This document shows, piece after piece, positions 1-9,624 of a stretch of DNA of 64,000 nt. A model generated the notes under the pieces. It ran no database searches and had not been told where the DNA came from. It worked only from the letters and a program-made list of their open reading frames with translations. This stretch comes from Candidatus Krumholzibacteriota bacterium (GTDB lineage Bacteria; Krumholzibacteriota; Krumholzibacteriia; JAJRXK01): contig JAJDAC010000044.1 of the NCBI GenBank assembly GCA_029262065.1, forward strand, positions 66,827 through 130,826, read 5' to 3'. Within the stretch, counting starts at the first letter, position 1. Each line of letters opens with the position of its first letter. The position numbers and the translations under genes are program-made.

Positions 1-987
1 GGCCCAGAAGAAACCCTCGGACCGGTTCTCGGTATACGGCTCGTAGTAGATCAGGCCGGCCGTTTCCGTTTCGGTCATGCTGATGGGCACTTCACCCGCG
101 GTCGGTGTAACCGTGGAAGTGATTTCGACGCCGTCACGTAGCCATTTGAATTCGAGCGGAGTATCGATGCTGGCCTTGACCACGGTCTGGATGTCGCGGA
201 ACACCTGGACCGGCTTGCCATCGATGGAGATGATCTCGTCGCCGCGCCGCAGACCGGCCTCGTCGGCGGGTCCGTCCTTGCGTACGCGGCCTACCCGCGT
301 GTCCTGTCGGTACCACATGCCCAGGTCGAGCCGGCCGGCCTCGGTCGTGGTTGGAGTGAGCTCAAGCGTGGATCGACTGCCGTCGCGATCGATCGCAATG
401 GGAACCGGAACGCGACCATCTTCCGCCTCCGAAACCGCCGTGCGCCACGCATCTTCCCAGGTAGCCACCGACACGCCGGCAACCTCGACGATGCGGTCGC
501 CCACCACGAATCCCGCCGCCTCGGCGGCACCATCCTCTTCGACGGTACCAACGACGGTGACCGGATGTACGGGCACGCCCTGGATCCACACCACGCCCAC
601 GCAGATCACGAGCGCCAGAACCAGGTTCATGAGGGGTCCCGCCACGACCACCGCCATGCGCTGCCAGGTGCTCTTGCTGGAAAAATACCGCTCAACGGGA
701 ATTGGGTTCCCCGCGTGATCCAGATCAGATCCCTCGCCCGTACCTATGTCCTGGATGTCTTCCATGACACCCTCGCCCGCCATCTTCACGTAGCCACCGA
801 AAGGCACGGCCGACAGGGCGTATTCGGTTTCGCCGAACTGCTTGCGCAGAAACTTGGGACCGAATCCTACCGAAAACGTCTTGCAGTAGATTCCCACCGA
901 CTTGGCTACCAGGAAGTGGCCGGCTTCGTGCACGACCACCACCACGCCCAGTACGAATCCGAATGCCAGTATTGTGGTCATGGTCAT
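1..987 (-). CDS. rseP: RIP metalloprotease RseP (site-2 protease), C-terminally truncated by the window edge. Start ATG at 987; ORF open to position 1; absent from the ORF track.
   Basis: Manual reverse translation from 987 gives MTMTTILAFGFVLGVVVVVHEAGHFLVAKSVGIYCKTFSVGFGPKF... with the HExxH zinc motif, a PDZ-like region (GDRIVEVAG..., GDEIISIDGKP) and no stop through position 1. It is last in the uppS-cdsA-dxr-rseP order. Confidence 0.85.
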   Translation of the reverse strand, partial: MTMTTILAFGFVLGVVVVVHEAGHFLVAKSVGIYCKTFSVGFGPKFLRKQFGETEYALSAVPFGGYVKMAGEGVMEDIQDIGTGEGSDLDHAGNPIPVERYFSSKSTWQRMAVVVAGPLMNLVLALVICVGVVWIQGVPVHPVTVVGTVEEDGAAEAAGFVVGDRIVEVAGVSVATWEDAWRTAVSEAEDGRVPVPIAIDRDGSRSTLELTPTTTEAGRLDLGMWYRQDTRVGRVRKDGPADEAGLRRGDEIISIDGKPVQVFRDIQTVVKASIDTPLEFKWLRDGVEITSTVTPTAGEVPISMTETETAGLIYYEPYTENRSEGFFWA

Positions 988-1054
988 GGAAGCTTCCTGT
1001 CGATCCAATGAGGCTGGGTACTTGCGTCAAAACGGGTTCGAATTGCGATCGGGC

Positions 1055-2254
1055 TCAGCTCCTACTACGAGCTCGCTCGGCCACTAGTTCCCGCGAACGC
1101 AGCCGTGTCTCGACGTCCAGGGCCAGCGCATCGTCGACGCTGCCAATGGCCGGACGATCGACCTGCACCAGCGCCCGCTCGATCAGCGGCGCGATCTCAA
1201 TAAAAGATAGCTCCCCCCGTAGGAGACCTGCCACCGCCTCCTCGTTGGCGGCGTTCAATACCACCACGGCTGCCCCCCCCGCTTCACCGGCCTGGCGAGC
1301 CAGATCCAAACAAGGGTAGCGGCGCGGGTCCGGCGCCTCGAAGGTCAACTCGGGCGACTCCAGGGGGTTGAATGGCGCCACATCGCACTCCTGATGGGTT
1401 CCACGTGACAGTGCGTAGAGAATAGGCACACGCATGTCCGGCGCTCCGAGTTGCGCCAGAAACGCGCCGTCTCGCAGCTCTACCATGCTGTGGATGATCG
1501 ACTGCCGGTGGATCACCACGTTTACTCGTGCAAGCGGGGTGCCGAATAGCAGGTGGGCTTCGAGCACCTCCAGCCCCTTGTTCATCATCGTGGCCGAATC
1601 CACCGTGATTTTGGGCCCCATGTCCCACGTGGGGTGCCGGAGCACCTCGGCCAATTCGATGTCGCCAAAGGTCTCGGGGTCGCGGTCTCGGAAGGGGCCG
1701 CCTGACGCCGTGAGCCACAGCCGGCGGATCTCATCCTTGGGGTTGCCACGCAGACATTGGGCGATCGCCGAGTGCTCGCTGTCCACCGGCCAGAGCCGGC
1801 CACCACCCCGCTCGGCCGCCTCGAGCACGATCTGGCCCCCAACCACCAGAGCCTCCTTGTTGGCCAATGCCACATCGAGACCCCGCTCGAGCGCCGACAC
1901 GGTCGGCCGCAAACCAGCCGATCCCACCACGCCGTTCAGAACCATCGCTCCGGCCGGAGCGCCCGCCACCAGTTCCAGCAACCCCTCTTCACCGGGCGGT
2001 GCCAGTCGATCCACGAGATCCGAATGGGCCCCGACAAAATCGGCGCGGGCTTCCGGATCGGTCAGACACAGTTGCGCGGCCGGGAATTCGCGCGCCAGCA
2101 ACGCCAACTCGTTACCACGTGTGCGCGCGGATAGAGCTACCAGCTGATAGCGATCCGCGTATCTGCGCACCAGGTCCACGGTGTTCTGGCCAATGGATCC
2201 CGTGGCCCCCAGTAGCGCCAACGGTGAAGATTCAACTCGCATGGAACTACGCAA
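1055..2254 (-). CDS. dxr: 1-deoxy-D-xylulose 5-phosphate reductoisomerase
   Basis: LLGATGSIG NADPH-binding motif, LANKEALV, DSEHSAI, ~390 aa. Start may be the internal Met at 2242 (MRVESSPLALLGATGSIG). Confidence 0.9.
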   Translation of the reverse strand: MRSSMRVESSPLALLGATGSIGQNTVDLVRRYADRYQLVALSARTRGNELALLAREFPAAQLCLTDPEARADFVGAHSDLVDRLAPPGEEGLLELVAGAPAGAMVLNGVVGSAGLRPTVSALERGLDVALANKEALVVGGQIVLEAAERGGGRLWPVDSEHSAIAQCLRGNPKDEIRRLWLTASGGPFRDRDPETFGDIELAEVLRHPTWDMGPKITVDSATMMNKGLEVLEAHLLFGTPLARVNVVIHRQSIIHSMVELRDGAFLAQLGAPDMRVPILYALSRGTHQECDVAPFNPLESPELTFEAPDPRRYPCLDLARQAGEAGGAAVVVLNAANEEAVAGLLRGELSFIEIAPLIERALVQVDRPAIGSVDDALALDVETRLRSRELVAERARSRS

Positions 2255-2257
2255 CTC

Positions 2258-3124
2258 TCATATGACGAAGAACTTGTGGAAATAGTAGATCAGCGGAATC
2301 GAGAAAAACAAACTGTCGAACCGATCCAACGTGCCACCGTGTCCGGGGATGAAACTGCCGCTGTCCTTCAGCTGGCTGTCCCGCTTCATCAGCGACTCCA
2401 CCAGGTCACCGGTGATACCCGCCACCGCGGCCACCACCGCCAGACCCACGGCCATGGGTAGCGTCAGGTAGTCGGCAAACGTGACCTGCGCCACCCACCC
2501 CGCGATGACCGCGAACAGGATCCCGCCCAGGGCTCCCTCGCGACTCTTCTTGGGGCTGACACTAGGAAAGAGCGAGTGACGGCCAAACAAACGTCCAATC
2601 GCGTAGGCGCCCGTGTCGCAACTCCAGGTCAGCAGGAACGCCAGGAATACGAAGCGTGCCCCCATCTCGTAGTCGAGCCCCGCCAGCCGTGGCAGCTCTC
2701 GCAGCAAGATGAAGTGGCTCCCTAACCACCCCACGTAAAGTACTCCAAAAATTGTAGATGCAATACGAACTACGGCTTCTTCAACGCTCCCCCGCAACAG
2801 CTCGAACGTCATCAGGAACAGCAACGCCAGCGCCAGCAGGAAGTTGCTGTACACGCCGGCCCGGAAGTAGGCGTACCAGGACAGAATGAGCACGCAGGCC
2901 ACTCCCACCGCTCGCACCGGCCGGAACCCCTTGTTGCGCAGCAGGCCGTAGAACTCCAGTACGCCGGTTACCAGGATGATGTCCACCAGCAGTACGAAAT
3001 GGTAATCGCCCCGACGAACGATCAGCCAAAGGCAGGGTAGGAATATGGCGGCGGCCAGAAGTCGCGAAGGAAGCGATCCGTCACGCCCGCGCGCGGCTGG
3101 TAGATCGGCGGAGGCGCCGACCAA
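2258..3124 (-). CDS. cdsA: phosphatidate cytidylyltransferase
   Basis: Multi-TM protein with the CdsA signature SPKKSxEGxxGG ... IPGHGGxLDRxDS and a WSCDTGAY motif. It sits between uppS and dxr. Confidence 0.85.
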   Translation of the reverse strand: MVGASADLPAARGRDGSLPSRLLAAAIFLPCLWLIVRRGDYHFVLLVDIILVTGVLEFYGLLRNKGFRPVRAVGVACVLILSWYAYFRAGVYSNFLLALALLFLMTFELLRGSVEEAVVRIASTIFGVLYVGWLGSHFILLRELPRLAGLDYEMGARFVFLAFLLTWSCDTGAYAIGRLFGRHSLFPSVSPKKSREGALGGILFAVIAGWVAQVTFADYLTLPMAVGLAVVAAVAGITGDLVESLMKRDSQLKDSGSFIPGHGGTLDRFDSLFFSIPLIYYFHKFFVI

Positions 3125-3127
3125 GGA

Positions 3128-3886
3128 TCAGACTCCGCCGAAGCGGCGATGGCGTCGCTGGTACGCGTCGATGGCTTCGAGCAGATCGGCCTTGCGAAAA
3201 TCCGGCCAGAGCACGTCGGTTACGTACAACTCGGCGTAGGCCAGTTGCCAGAGCAGGAAGTTGCTCAGGCGCATTTCACCACTCGTGCGAATGAGCAGGT
3301 CGGGATCGGGAAGATCCGGCTCGTACAGATACGCGTGCAGCAGCGACTCGCTCAACTCTTCGGGCTTCATGCGTCCCGCGGCCACGTCTTCGGCGAAGCG
3401 TCGCGCGGCGGTTACGATTTCCTGACGCCCGCCGTAGTTCAGAGCCAGGTTCAACACCATGCCGTCGTTGCCCGCCAGCCGAGCCTGCGCGTCGTGCAAC
3501 GCGTTCAAGGTTCCCTTGGGAATGGTTGCAAGGTTACCGGTGGCGACCAGACGGATGTTGTTGTCCATCAATTCCAGGAATTCGGTCGACAGAACCTCGC
3601 GAAGAAACGCCCACAGGGCTTTCACTTCGTAGCTCGGTCGCTTCCAGTTCTCCATGCTGAACGTGTAGAGCGTCAGTGCCTCCACGCCCAACTCAGCACA
3701 GGTGCGCACGGTCTCGCGTACGGCGTGACGGCCGGTGCGATGTCCCGCGATACGGGGCATGACCCGCCGTCGAGCCCAACGCCCGTTTCCGTCCATGATC
3801 ACAGCGATGTGACGGGGCAGGTTTCCACGCTCAAGAATCTGCTTGGACAGCGTCTCGACGTGTTGTGAGGTGCGCGCGCTACTCAT
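3128..3886 (-). CDS. uppS: isoprenyl transferase / undecaprenyl-diphosphate synthase
   Basis: PRHIAVIMDGNGRWA, NYGGRxE, FLLWQxAYAEL motifs of cis-prenyltransferases. 252 aa. Confidence 0.9.
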   Translation of the reverse strand: MSSARTSQHVETLSKQILERGNLPRHIAVIMDGNGRWARRRVMPRIAGHRTGRHAVRETVRTCAELGVEALTLYTFSMENWKRPSYEVKALWAFLREVLSTEFLELMDNNIRLVATGNLATIPKGTLNALHDAQARLAGNDGMVLNLALNYGGRQEIVTAARRFAEDVAAGRMKPEELSESLLHAYLYEPDLPDPDLLIRTSGEMRLSNFLLWQLAYAELYVTDVLWPDFRKADLLEAIDAYQRRHRRFGGV

Positions 3887-4133
3887 ACGTGGGGGAACAG
3901 CTCAAGGTGTTGGGGCGAATCGACTCAGGCCCCTGCTTTGGGGCGAAAGTCCATGATAGACCACAATGCGGCCGATGACCTGCGAAAGCAACATCCCTTC
4001 CTGATACGCCGCGCAAATAGATTACACTCGTCATTGCATGACCTCGGGATCCATTGGGTTGCTGCGGGGCAGCCAAAATCGGTATCCTTGATTCATCTCT
4101 TCCCTCCATTGCCTGTCAAATGGAGGTCCCCCA

Positions 4134-7100
4134 ATGCGTGAAACAAGTTCTCGACTCGTCCCTACCCTGCTCGCTCTCGTCTTCCTGACCATTCCCGCCG
4201 CCGTCGACGCGGCCGGAAGTACACACTTCCCAGTCGTCCGCCAACCAGAGATCGCGGGAACAACTGCCAACGTGCTGACCAGCACCGGCCGGCCGCTTGG
4301 CAAGAATACGTCCGCGGCCGACACCTTCTGCCTGTACGGCGGGCCCGGATCGTTGGAGGGCAAGTTCCAGACCGCGGTCGGCCTACCCGACTTCCAGGGC
4401 TGGATCGGCGTGGATCACACCGACCTGTCCAACTACTGGCAACTGTCCACATTCTGCGCCAGCAACCTCGACGGCGACGGCAGCAGCGGCGGCGCCGGTG
4501 ACGGCCCGGGCAACGTGGCGTACTGGTGTGGACAGACGGCCGAGCAGCAACCGCTGTGGGTCGCCGCGCCCGGATACGGAAACAACTGGAACGAAGTCAT
4601 CGAATGGACGGCTACCGTGGACGAAAGCGGTGGGCCCGTGGCGCAGACCGTGCAGCTCTCGTTCGCGTTCAACCACGAGAGCGAAGCCGGTTATGACTTC
4701 TTCACGGTCCAATACGACAGCGCGGGCGTGCTGATCCCGCTCTACACGATCGCCGGCGAGTCGTCGTTCACGGCGCCCGGTGTGCAGTACCCGGCGGAAG
4801 TACCAGCGGCTCCCATCCAGTTCACCGGTGGCGACTACGGTGGCCCCAACGGCGACCAGATTCGGCTGCTGTTCCGTTTCACCTCCGATGGCGGCTGGTC
4901 CGACGAAGGCGGCATCCTACCCACCGACTGCGGCGCCGTGCAGGTAGACGACGTGTTGGTCATCTATGAAGACGGCAGCGGAACGCAATCGAGCTTCTCG
5001 GATTTCGACAACAGCAACCACTGGACCCCATTGCTGCCGCCATTCGTTGGCGATTTTTCCGCGCTGTACGGCGGCATCACCGATCTGGATCCCTGCCGCG
5101 GCGCGGACGGTTACGTAGTGGGCTTCCTGGATGTGGGCCAATGCCCCCGAAACGGGCGCAACAACTTCGGGCAGACGCCATGCCAGGTGGCCACCCCTGG
5201 CGGTCTCACCGTGTTCAATGTGAACTACGGCGTGCCCGGGTCGTTCGTCGTGAACTACACCGGTGGGCTTACAAACAACCAGCTGGACCTGAACAACGGC
5301 GTGTGGAGCCCGGAAATCGAATGGGACCTGCCCGGCCCTGAAGACGACGGCGCGTTCGTCGTGGGCGCGAAATTGCGCTTCGACGTTTGGCGCGACCTTC
5401 CGCCCAATAACGGGATGTTCTACAGCTGGAGTGTTCGTTCGCGCGACTCGGCTGGTGTATGGACCCAGCTGCGCAACCGCAACCTGGTCTACTGGGGAGA
5501 CAATCCCACGGAGTGGCAGAGTCGCGAGGTCGACGTAAGCGATCTGCTCGCACTCGACCGGGATCGGGTTCAGATCGAACTCAAGGTGCTCGATATTTCC
5601 CAGATCTTCGGGCCACCGATACTCGCCACGCCCTCCCCGTTCTACGACAACGTAGCACTATACAAGTACGAGATCGGTGGCCCGGTCATCACGTCGCGCA
5701 ACCGCGATCTTTTCCAGGATAGCTTCCCGCAGTCCGGGCAAACCGACTTCAGCTCGTTGGCCGGCCGACAGAACGCGGCTATCCGCCTGGACATGGCTTC
5801 TGACACCCACGTATCGGACACGATCATCGTCCCCGGCGACTCCATCGTCTGCGACGTGAATGCCCTGATACCAGGAAGCACGATTACCGCCGTGGGAATG
5901 AACTACGTGATAGATCAGAACCCGGTATTCGACGACGCACGCGATCCGATAGCGGGTGGAACGACAATGGCGGGCGGCGTCTTTGGCAGTCGCGTCATGG
6001 GAACCGTGGTCGGCCAGCCCACGGGCACCGAAAACCGGTTCTTCTTCGATATGCCTGACGGCGGCAACCACCAGATTCCCGTCCCGGCGGGATCGCGCGT
6101 GTTCTTCCCGGGCGATCGCCTTCGCTACTACCTTTGGGCGACCGATGACTCCGGTCGCTCCACGACGCTGCCGGTCAACACGTCGGCCTTCGACCTGGGG
6201 CAGATGATGGGTGCTACCTACGACCGTCGGTTCACCGTGCGGGCATTGCCCTTGGTGCTCGACACCGCGGGCGACGGACCTAAGATTCTGCTGATCAACG
6301 ACGTCGGCTTTGGTGACGACGAAGCGGCGCTCGACCTGGCGTTGAGACAATCAGAGTCGATGTTCGAATCGTTCGATCGCTACAATGTCATGGATCCTGG
6401 GGCATTTCTCTCCACCGGAATCGGCACGCCGGGTGCCCACGGTGCCACGGCGAATCAGCTCTCGCGCTACGAAGCCATCGTATACCTGGGAGGCTCCCAG
6501 TCGAACGGGACGCTGTTGGCGCCAGGTTTCTTCAACTACAAGGGCGATGACCTTGGCGTGCTTACAAGCTGGTTCAACCAGAGCGGTGATCGGGCGCTGG
6601 CCATATTCGGCGACAATGTCTCCAGCTCGATCCTCTCCGACAACCCAGGTTCGGGACCCAACTTCGTGCAGTCGATTCTGGGCGTGGACGTGATAGATGG
6701 CGACGTACGTGCGGACATCGACAATCAGTTGGCGCCCCGCGTGCAGCCCACCATTTCGGTGCCCTGCTTCGGCCAGTCCTACGTGGCCTACGGAGGCTGT
6801 CAGAACATCCAGACGTTCGACAATATCGACGCATTGCCGGGCGCGGTACGCGCGCACGAACTGCTCGATCTGGTTGGCGTTCCGTACAGTGGAACTGGCC
6901 GCGCGGGATCGGTGTATTGGGACCGAACGGTGGGTGTGGATCGAAAACAGACGGTGGTGTTTCCCTACAGTTTCCTGAGCATTCGCAGCAACGTGAACGC
7001 GGGGGCACTGCCGGGCGGAGTATCGCCGCGCAGCAGGCTTCTCGGTGACGTGCTGTCGTACTGCTTCGCTCAGCCGCTGTTCGGTGAACCGACCGACGCG

Positions 7101-7388
7101 CCGGCGACAGCCCCTTTCGCGAAACTATCGAACGCTCCGAACCCCTTCAACCCCCGAACTACGTTCAAGCTTACGCTGGGCGTTCGGGATCACGCGTCGG
7201 TTCACGTCTACAACCTCAGGGGCGAATTGGTGAAGGTGCTGCAAGAGGGAGTCCTCGACGCGGGGGCCCATGATCTGATATGGGATGGTCGTGACGATCG
7301 AGGGATAGGTGTGGCCAGCGGGGTCTACGTGGTGAAAGCCCTCACGAACGGGCGCGAGATCAACGAGAAGACCGTGCTGTTGAAGTAG
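4134..7388 (+). CDS. large secreted protein of unknown function with a C-terminal Por/T9SS-type (FlgD-Ig-like) sorting domain; paralog of the gene at 60991
   Basis: N-terminal signal peptide (MRETSSRLVPTLLALVFLTIPAAVDAAGS). C-terminus NPFNPRTTFKLTL...VHVYNLRGELVKVL...HDLIWDGRDDRGIGVASGVYVVKAL...KTVLLK matches the T9SS type-A CTD / FlgD-Ig pattern. SD GGAGG upstream. Confidence 0.75.
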   Translation: MRETSSRLVPTLLALVFLTIPAAVDAAGSTHFPVVRQPEIAGTTANVLTSTGRPLGKNTSAADTFCLYGGPGSLEGKFQTAVGLPDFQGWIGVDHTDLSNYWQLSTFCASNLDGDGSSGGAGDGPGNVAYWCGQTAEQQPLWVAAPGYGNNWNEVIEWTATVDESGGPVAQTVQLSFAFNHESEAGYDFFTVQYDSAGVLIPLYTIAGESSFTAPGVQYPAEVPAAPIQFTGGDYGGPNGDQIRLLFRFTSDGGWSDEGGILPTDCGAVQVDDVLVIYEDGSGTQSSFSDFDNSNHWTPLLPPFVGDFSALYGGITDLDPCRGADGYVVGFLDVGQCPRNGRNNFGQTPCQVATPGGLTVFNVNYGVPGSFVVNYTGGLTNNQLDLNNGVWSPEIEWDLPGPEDDGAFVVGAKLRFDVWRDLPPNNGMFYSWSVRSRDSAGVWTQLRNRNLVYWGDNPTEWQSREVDVSDLLALDRDRVQIELKVLDISQIFGPPILATPSPFYDNVALYKYEIGGPVITSRNRDLFQDSFPQSGQTDFSSLAGRQNAAIRLDMASDTHVSDTIIVPGDSIVCDVNALIPGSTITAVGMNYVIDQNPVFDDARDPIAGGTTMAGGVFGSRVMGTVVGQPTGTENRFFFDMPDGGNHQIPVPAGSRVFFPGDRLRYYLWATDDSGRSTTLPVNTSAFDLGQMMGATYDRRFTVRALPLVLDTAGDGPKILLINDVGFGDDEAALDLALRQSESMFESFDRYNVMDPGAFLSTGIGTPGAHGATANQLSRYEAIVYLGGSQSNGTLLAPGFFNYKGDDLGVLTSWFNQSGDRALAIFGDNVSSSILSDNPGSGPNFVQSILGVDVIDGDVRADIDNQLAPRVQPTISVPCFGQSYVAYGGCQNIQTFDNIDALPGAVRAHELLDLVGVPYSGTGRAGSVYWDRTVGVDRKQTVVFPYSFLSIRSNVNAGALPGGVSPRSRLLGDVLSYCFAQPLFGEPTDAPATAPFAKLSNAPNPFNPRTTFKLTLGVRDHASVHVYNLRGELVKVLQEGVLDAGAHDLIWDGRDDRGIGVASGVYVVKALTNGREINEKTVLLK

Positions 7389-7448
7389 CCCGCCGAATCC
7401 TGGAACATCTGGAACCGTGAAATTCCAGCCCCAATAAGCAGGGCGCCG

Positions 7449-8519
7449 ATGAAAACACAATCTGGCACCGCCGCAGAGCGAATCGCACGGCCTCCAGGAA
7501 GCCTGGAGGCTCCGCCGGGTGCACATCCAACGTCACTGAACGTTCTCGCCTACGGTCCCGATACGATCCATGAAGAACAGGACGTGCCGGCGGGTGAGGC
7601 CGCGGGTGTCGTCGGCACGCATCCCGTTACCTGGATCGACCAACAGGGGCTGGCGGATGTGAGCACGTTGAAGGCAATCGGCGAAGCTCTCGGACTCCAC
7701 CAGCTGGCTTTGGAAGACACGCTCAACGTACGGCAGCGCACCAAGCTGGACGAATTCGGCGACTTCTACTTCATCGTCGCCCACATGCCGATCGCCTTTG
7801 ATAGCCTGGAAACCGAGCAGGTCAGCATCTACCTGGGCGCGGGTTTTCTGTTCACGGCCCAGGAGCGACCTGGCGACATGTTCGACCGCGTTCGGGAACG
7901 CATCCGCGAAGGTCGGCCGCGGCTGAGACTGGGCAACGTGGACTACCTGGCCTACGCAATTCTGGATGCCCTCGTCGACTCCTACTTCCCCCTTCTTGAA
8001 AGCATCGCCGAAAGACTGGACGACCTGGAACTCAAGGTGCTCGGCGACTCCAGCCGAGAACACCTCACCAACCTGAACGAGGTCAAGCGAGACCTCATTA
8101 CCCTGCGCCGATACGTAGAGCCGTTGAACGAGGTCGTCTCGGGGCTTCTTCGTCTCGACGAAACAATCATATCCGAGTCCACCAAGGTGTACTTGCGAGA
8201 CCTGGACGATCACTGTAGCCGCGCGTTTGAGCTGGTGGAGTCCTACCGCGACGTAGCCTCGGGGATCATGGATCTGCACCTGTCCATGACGAGCCACCAG
8301 ATGAATGAAGTCATGCGGGTGCTGACCATCATCGCCACGGTGTTCATTCCAATCTCGTTCATCGCGGGCTTATACGGAATGAACTTCGACCCCGAAGCGT
8401 CCCGTTGGAACATGCCCGAGTTGTCATGGGCAATGGGATATCCATTCGCCATTGGCATGATGATTCTGTGCGCCGGCAGCATGCTCACCTACTTCTGGAA
8501 GAAGGGGTGGTTTCGCTGA
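7449..8519 (+). CDS. corA: magnesium/cobalt transporter CorA
   Basis: C-terminal two TM helices with the YGMNF (GMN) signature and an acidic N-terminal cytoplasmic domain. 356 aa. Confidence 0.85.
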   Translation: MKTQSGTAAERIARPPGSLEAPPGAHPTSLNVLAYGPDTIHEEQDVPAGEAAGVVGTHPVTWIDQQGLADVSTLKAIGEALGLHQLALEDTLNVRQRTKLDEFGDFYFIVAHMPIAFDSLETEQVSIYLGAGFLFTAQERPGDMFDRVRERIREGRPRLRLGNVDYLAYAILDALVDSYFPLLESIAERLDDLELKVLGDSSREHLTNLNEVKRDLITLRRYVEPLNEVVSGLLRLDETIISESTKVYLRDLDDHCSRAFELVESYRDVASGIMDLHLSMTSHQMNEVMRVLTIIATVFIPISFIAGLYGMNFDPEASRWNMPELSWAMGYPFAIGMMILCAGSMLTYFWKKGWFR

Positions 8520-9090
8520 TGAACGGAAAGATATCTTCGGCCGCGGTCCTGGGACTGTGCCTGGTTCTGGGCTTGTCCTCCCTTGGATGGTTACTCGGCG
8601 GCTCCCTGGTTCGATTTCGAGCCCTCGAACGCACGGTGACGGTAAAGGGACTATCCGAACAGGAGCAGCCGGCCGACGTAGCCATTTGGCCGCTGCAGTT
8701 CGTGGTGGCGGCTCAGCAACTGTCGCGTTTCGATATTCAGCCACGCAATCGGTAACGGTCTACACGACCAAAGTCGGCGAAGTTCGTAGCGCCGCCCGGC
8801 AACTCGTGGAGCTGGGCAAGGAGGGAATCGTGCTCACCGGCGACGACTACCGCGCACAGACCGAGTACCTGTTCACGCGATTGAACGAGGTGAAGCCGGA
8901 CATGATCGAAGAGGCGACACGCCAGGCCCGTGAGGTAGCCGAGAAGTTCGCCGCCGACTCCAACGGTCGCCTGGGCAAGATCAAGAAGGCCTACCAGGGT
9001 CAGTTCTCCATAAGCAACCGCGACCAGAACACTCCCCACATCAAGAAGCTTCGCGTAGTCACGACGGTCGAGTACTACCTGGTCGACTGA
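8519..9090 (+). pseudogene. SIMPL-domain (YggE/DUF541-like) periplasmic protein, apparently frameshifted near 8700-8760
   Basis: ATG at 8519 overlaps the corA stop (TGATG). Frame A gives TM/signal MNGKISSAAVLGLCLVLGLSS... and RTVTVKGLSEQEQPADVAIWPLQFVVAAQQLS, then a stop at 8755. The C-terminal SIMPL-like half (EVRSAARQLVELGKEGIV...EATRQAREVAEKFAADSNGRLGKIKKAYQGQFSI) continues in another frame to 9090. Confidence 0.45.
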
Positions 9091-9130
9091 GGCGCAGGGT
9101 CTGAACTTTCTCGCACTCGAATACGGCGCG

Positions 9131-9496
9131 TCAGTCCGAGCGCGATTTGTTTTCCTGCAGCGGGAACATCTTCGAGAGAATCGTGGAGAACAGGCTCATG
9201 AGCAGAGCTCCCGCGAACGCGGAACCGAATCCGTGCACGGCGAACCCCGACACCAGGACCGAGGCCAGCGAGAACAAGATCGCGTTCAACACGAAGTAGA
9301 AGATGCCCAGGGTGACCAGCGTGATAGGCAGGGTCAGGATCACCAGTATTGGCTTCAGAACTGTGTTCAGGAACCCCAAGGCCACGGCCGCCAACAACAA
9401 CGCCGGCAGTGAGGTCACCTCCACGCCAGGAAGCGCCCACGCGGTGGCGGCCAGCGCGAGCGATAAGACGATCCACTTGGCCAGGAAACGGTTCAT
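9131..9496 (-). CDS. DUF360 / phage-holin-family-4-like small membrane protein
   Basis: MNRFLAKWIVLSLALAATAWALPGVEV...LGFLNTVLKPILVILTLPITLVTLGIFYFVLNAILFSLASVLVSGFAVHGFGSAFAGALLMSLF is the typical four-TM DUF360 layout. Start chosen at the internal Met 9496 rather than the ORF-track start 9607. Confidence 0.6.
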   Translation of the reverse strand: MNRFLAKWIVLSLALAATAWALPGVEVTSLPALLLAAVALGFLNTVLKPILVILTLPITLVTLGIFYFVLNAILFSLASVLVSGFAVHGFGSAFAGALLMSLFSTILSKMFPLQENKSRSD

Positions 9497-9624
9497 GGTG
9501 GGTTTGCTTCTGGGAGTTGGGAACGATTCGAGAACACGGAACGGCGGACAAGCCATGTAGCATAAGCGGGAGCCCGTCACGCGTCGATGGTCGACCAGAT
9601 TCGGCACGGTACGGGATACAGTCT

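Noticed and set aside
77-1030. Plus- and minus-strand ORFs 77..718, 565..1011 and 725..1030 listed in the track
   Set aside because: All lie inside, and are out of frame or antisense to, the clearly recognisable rseP coding sequence (987->1, minus). They are products of high GC with few stop codons.
1034-1044. GGTTCGAATT T-loop-like motif between rseP and dxr, checked as a possible tRNA
   Set aside because: The intergenic space is only ~67 nt, and no acceptor or anticodon stems can be formed around the motif.
7533-8297. 254-aa antisense ORF inside corA, and similar long antisense or alternate-frame ORFs (for example 20731..21645, 26759..27802, 28042..29418, 16586..17440, 33006..33602, 46123..46950, 48982..49776, 51442..52299, 58818..59516)
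   Set aside because: They overlap well-supported genes with clear family motifs. Their translations are Arg/Gly/Pro-rich low-complexity typical of the wrong frame in GC-rich DNA. None has an SD or known domain.
8557-8700. N-terminal 48 codons of ORF 8557..9090 as the real start of the SIMPL-like gene
   Set aside because: The translation (MPGSGLVLPWMVTRRLPGSISSPRTHGDGKG...) is not protein-like. The alternative frame from ATG 8519 gives a proper TM plus SIMPL beginning, implying a frameshift rather than this start.
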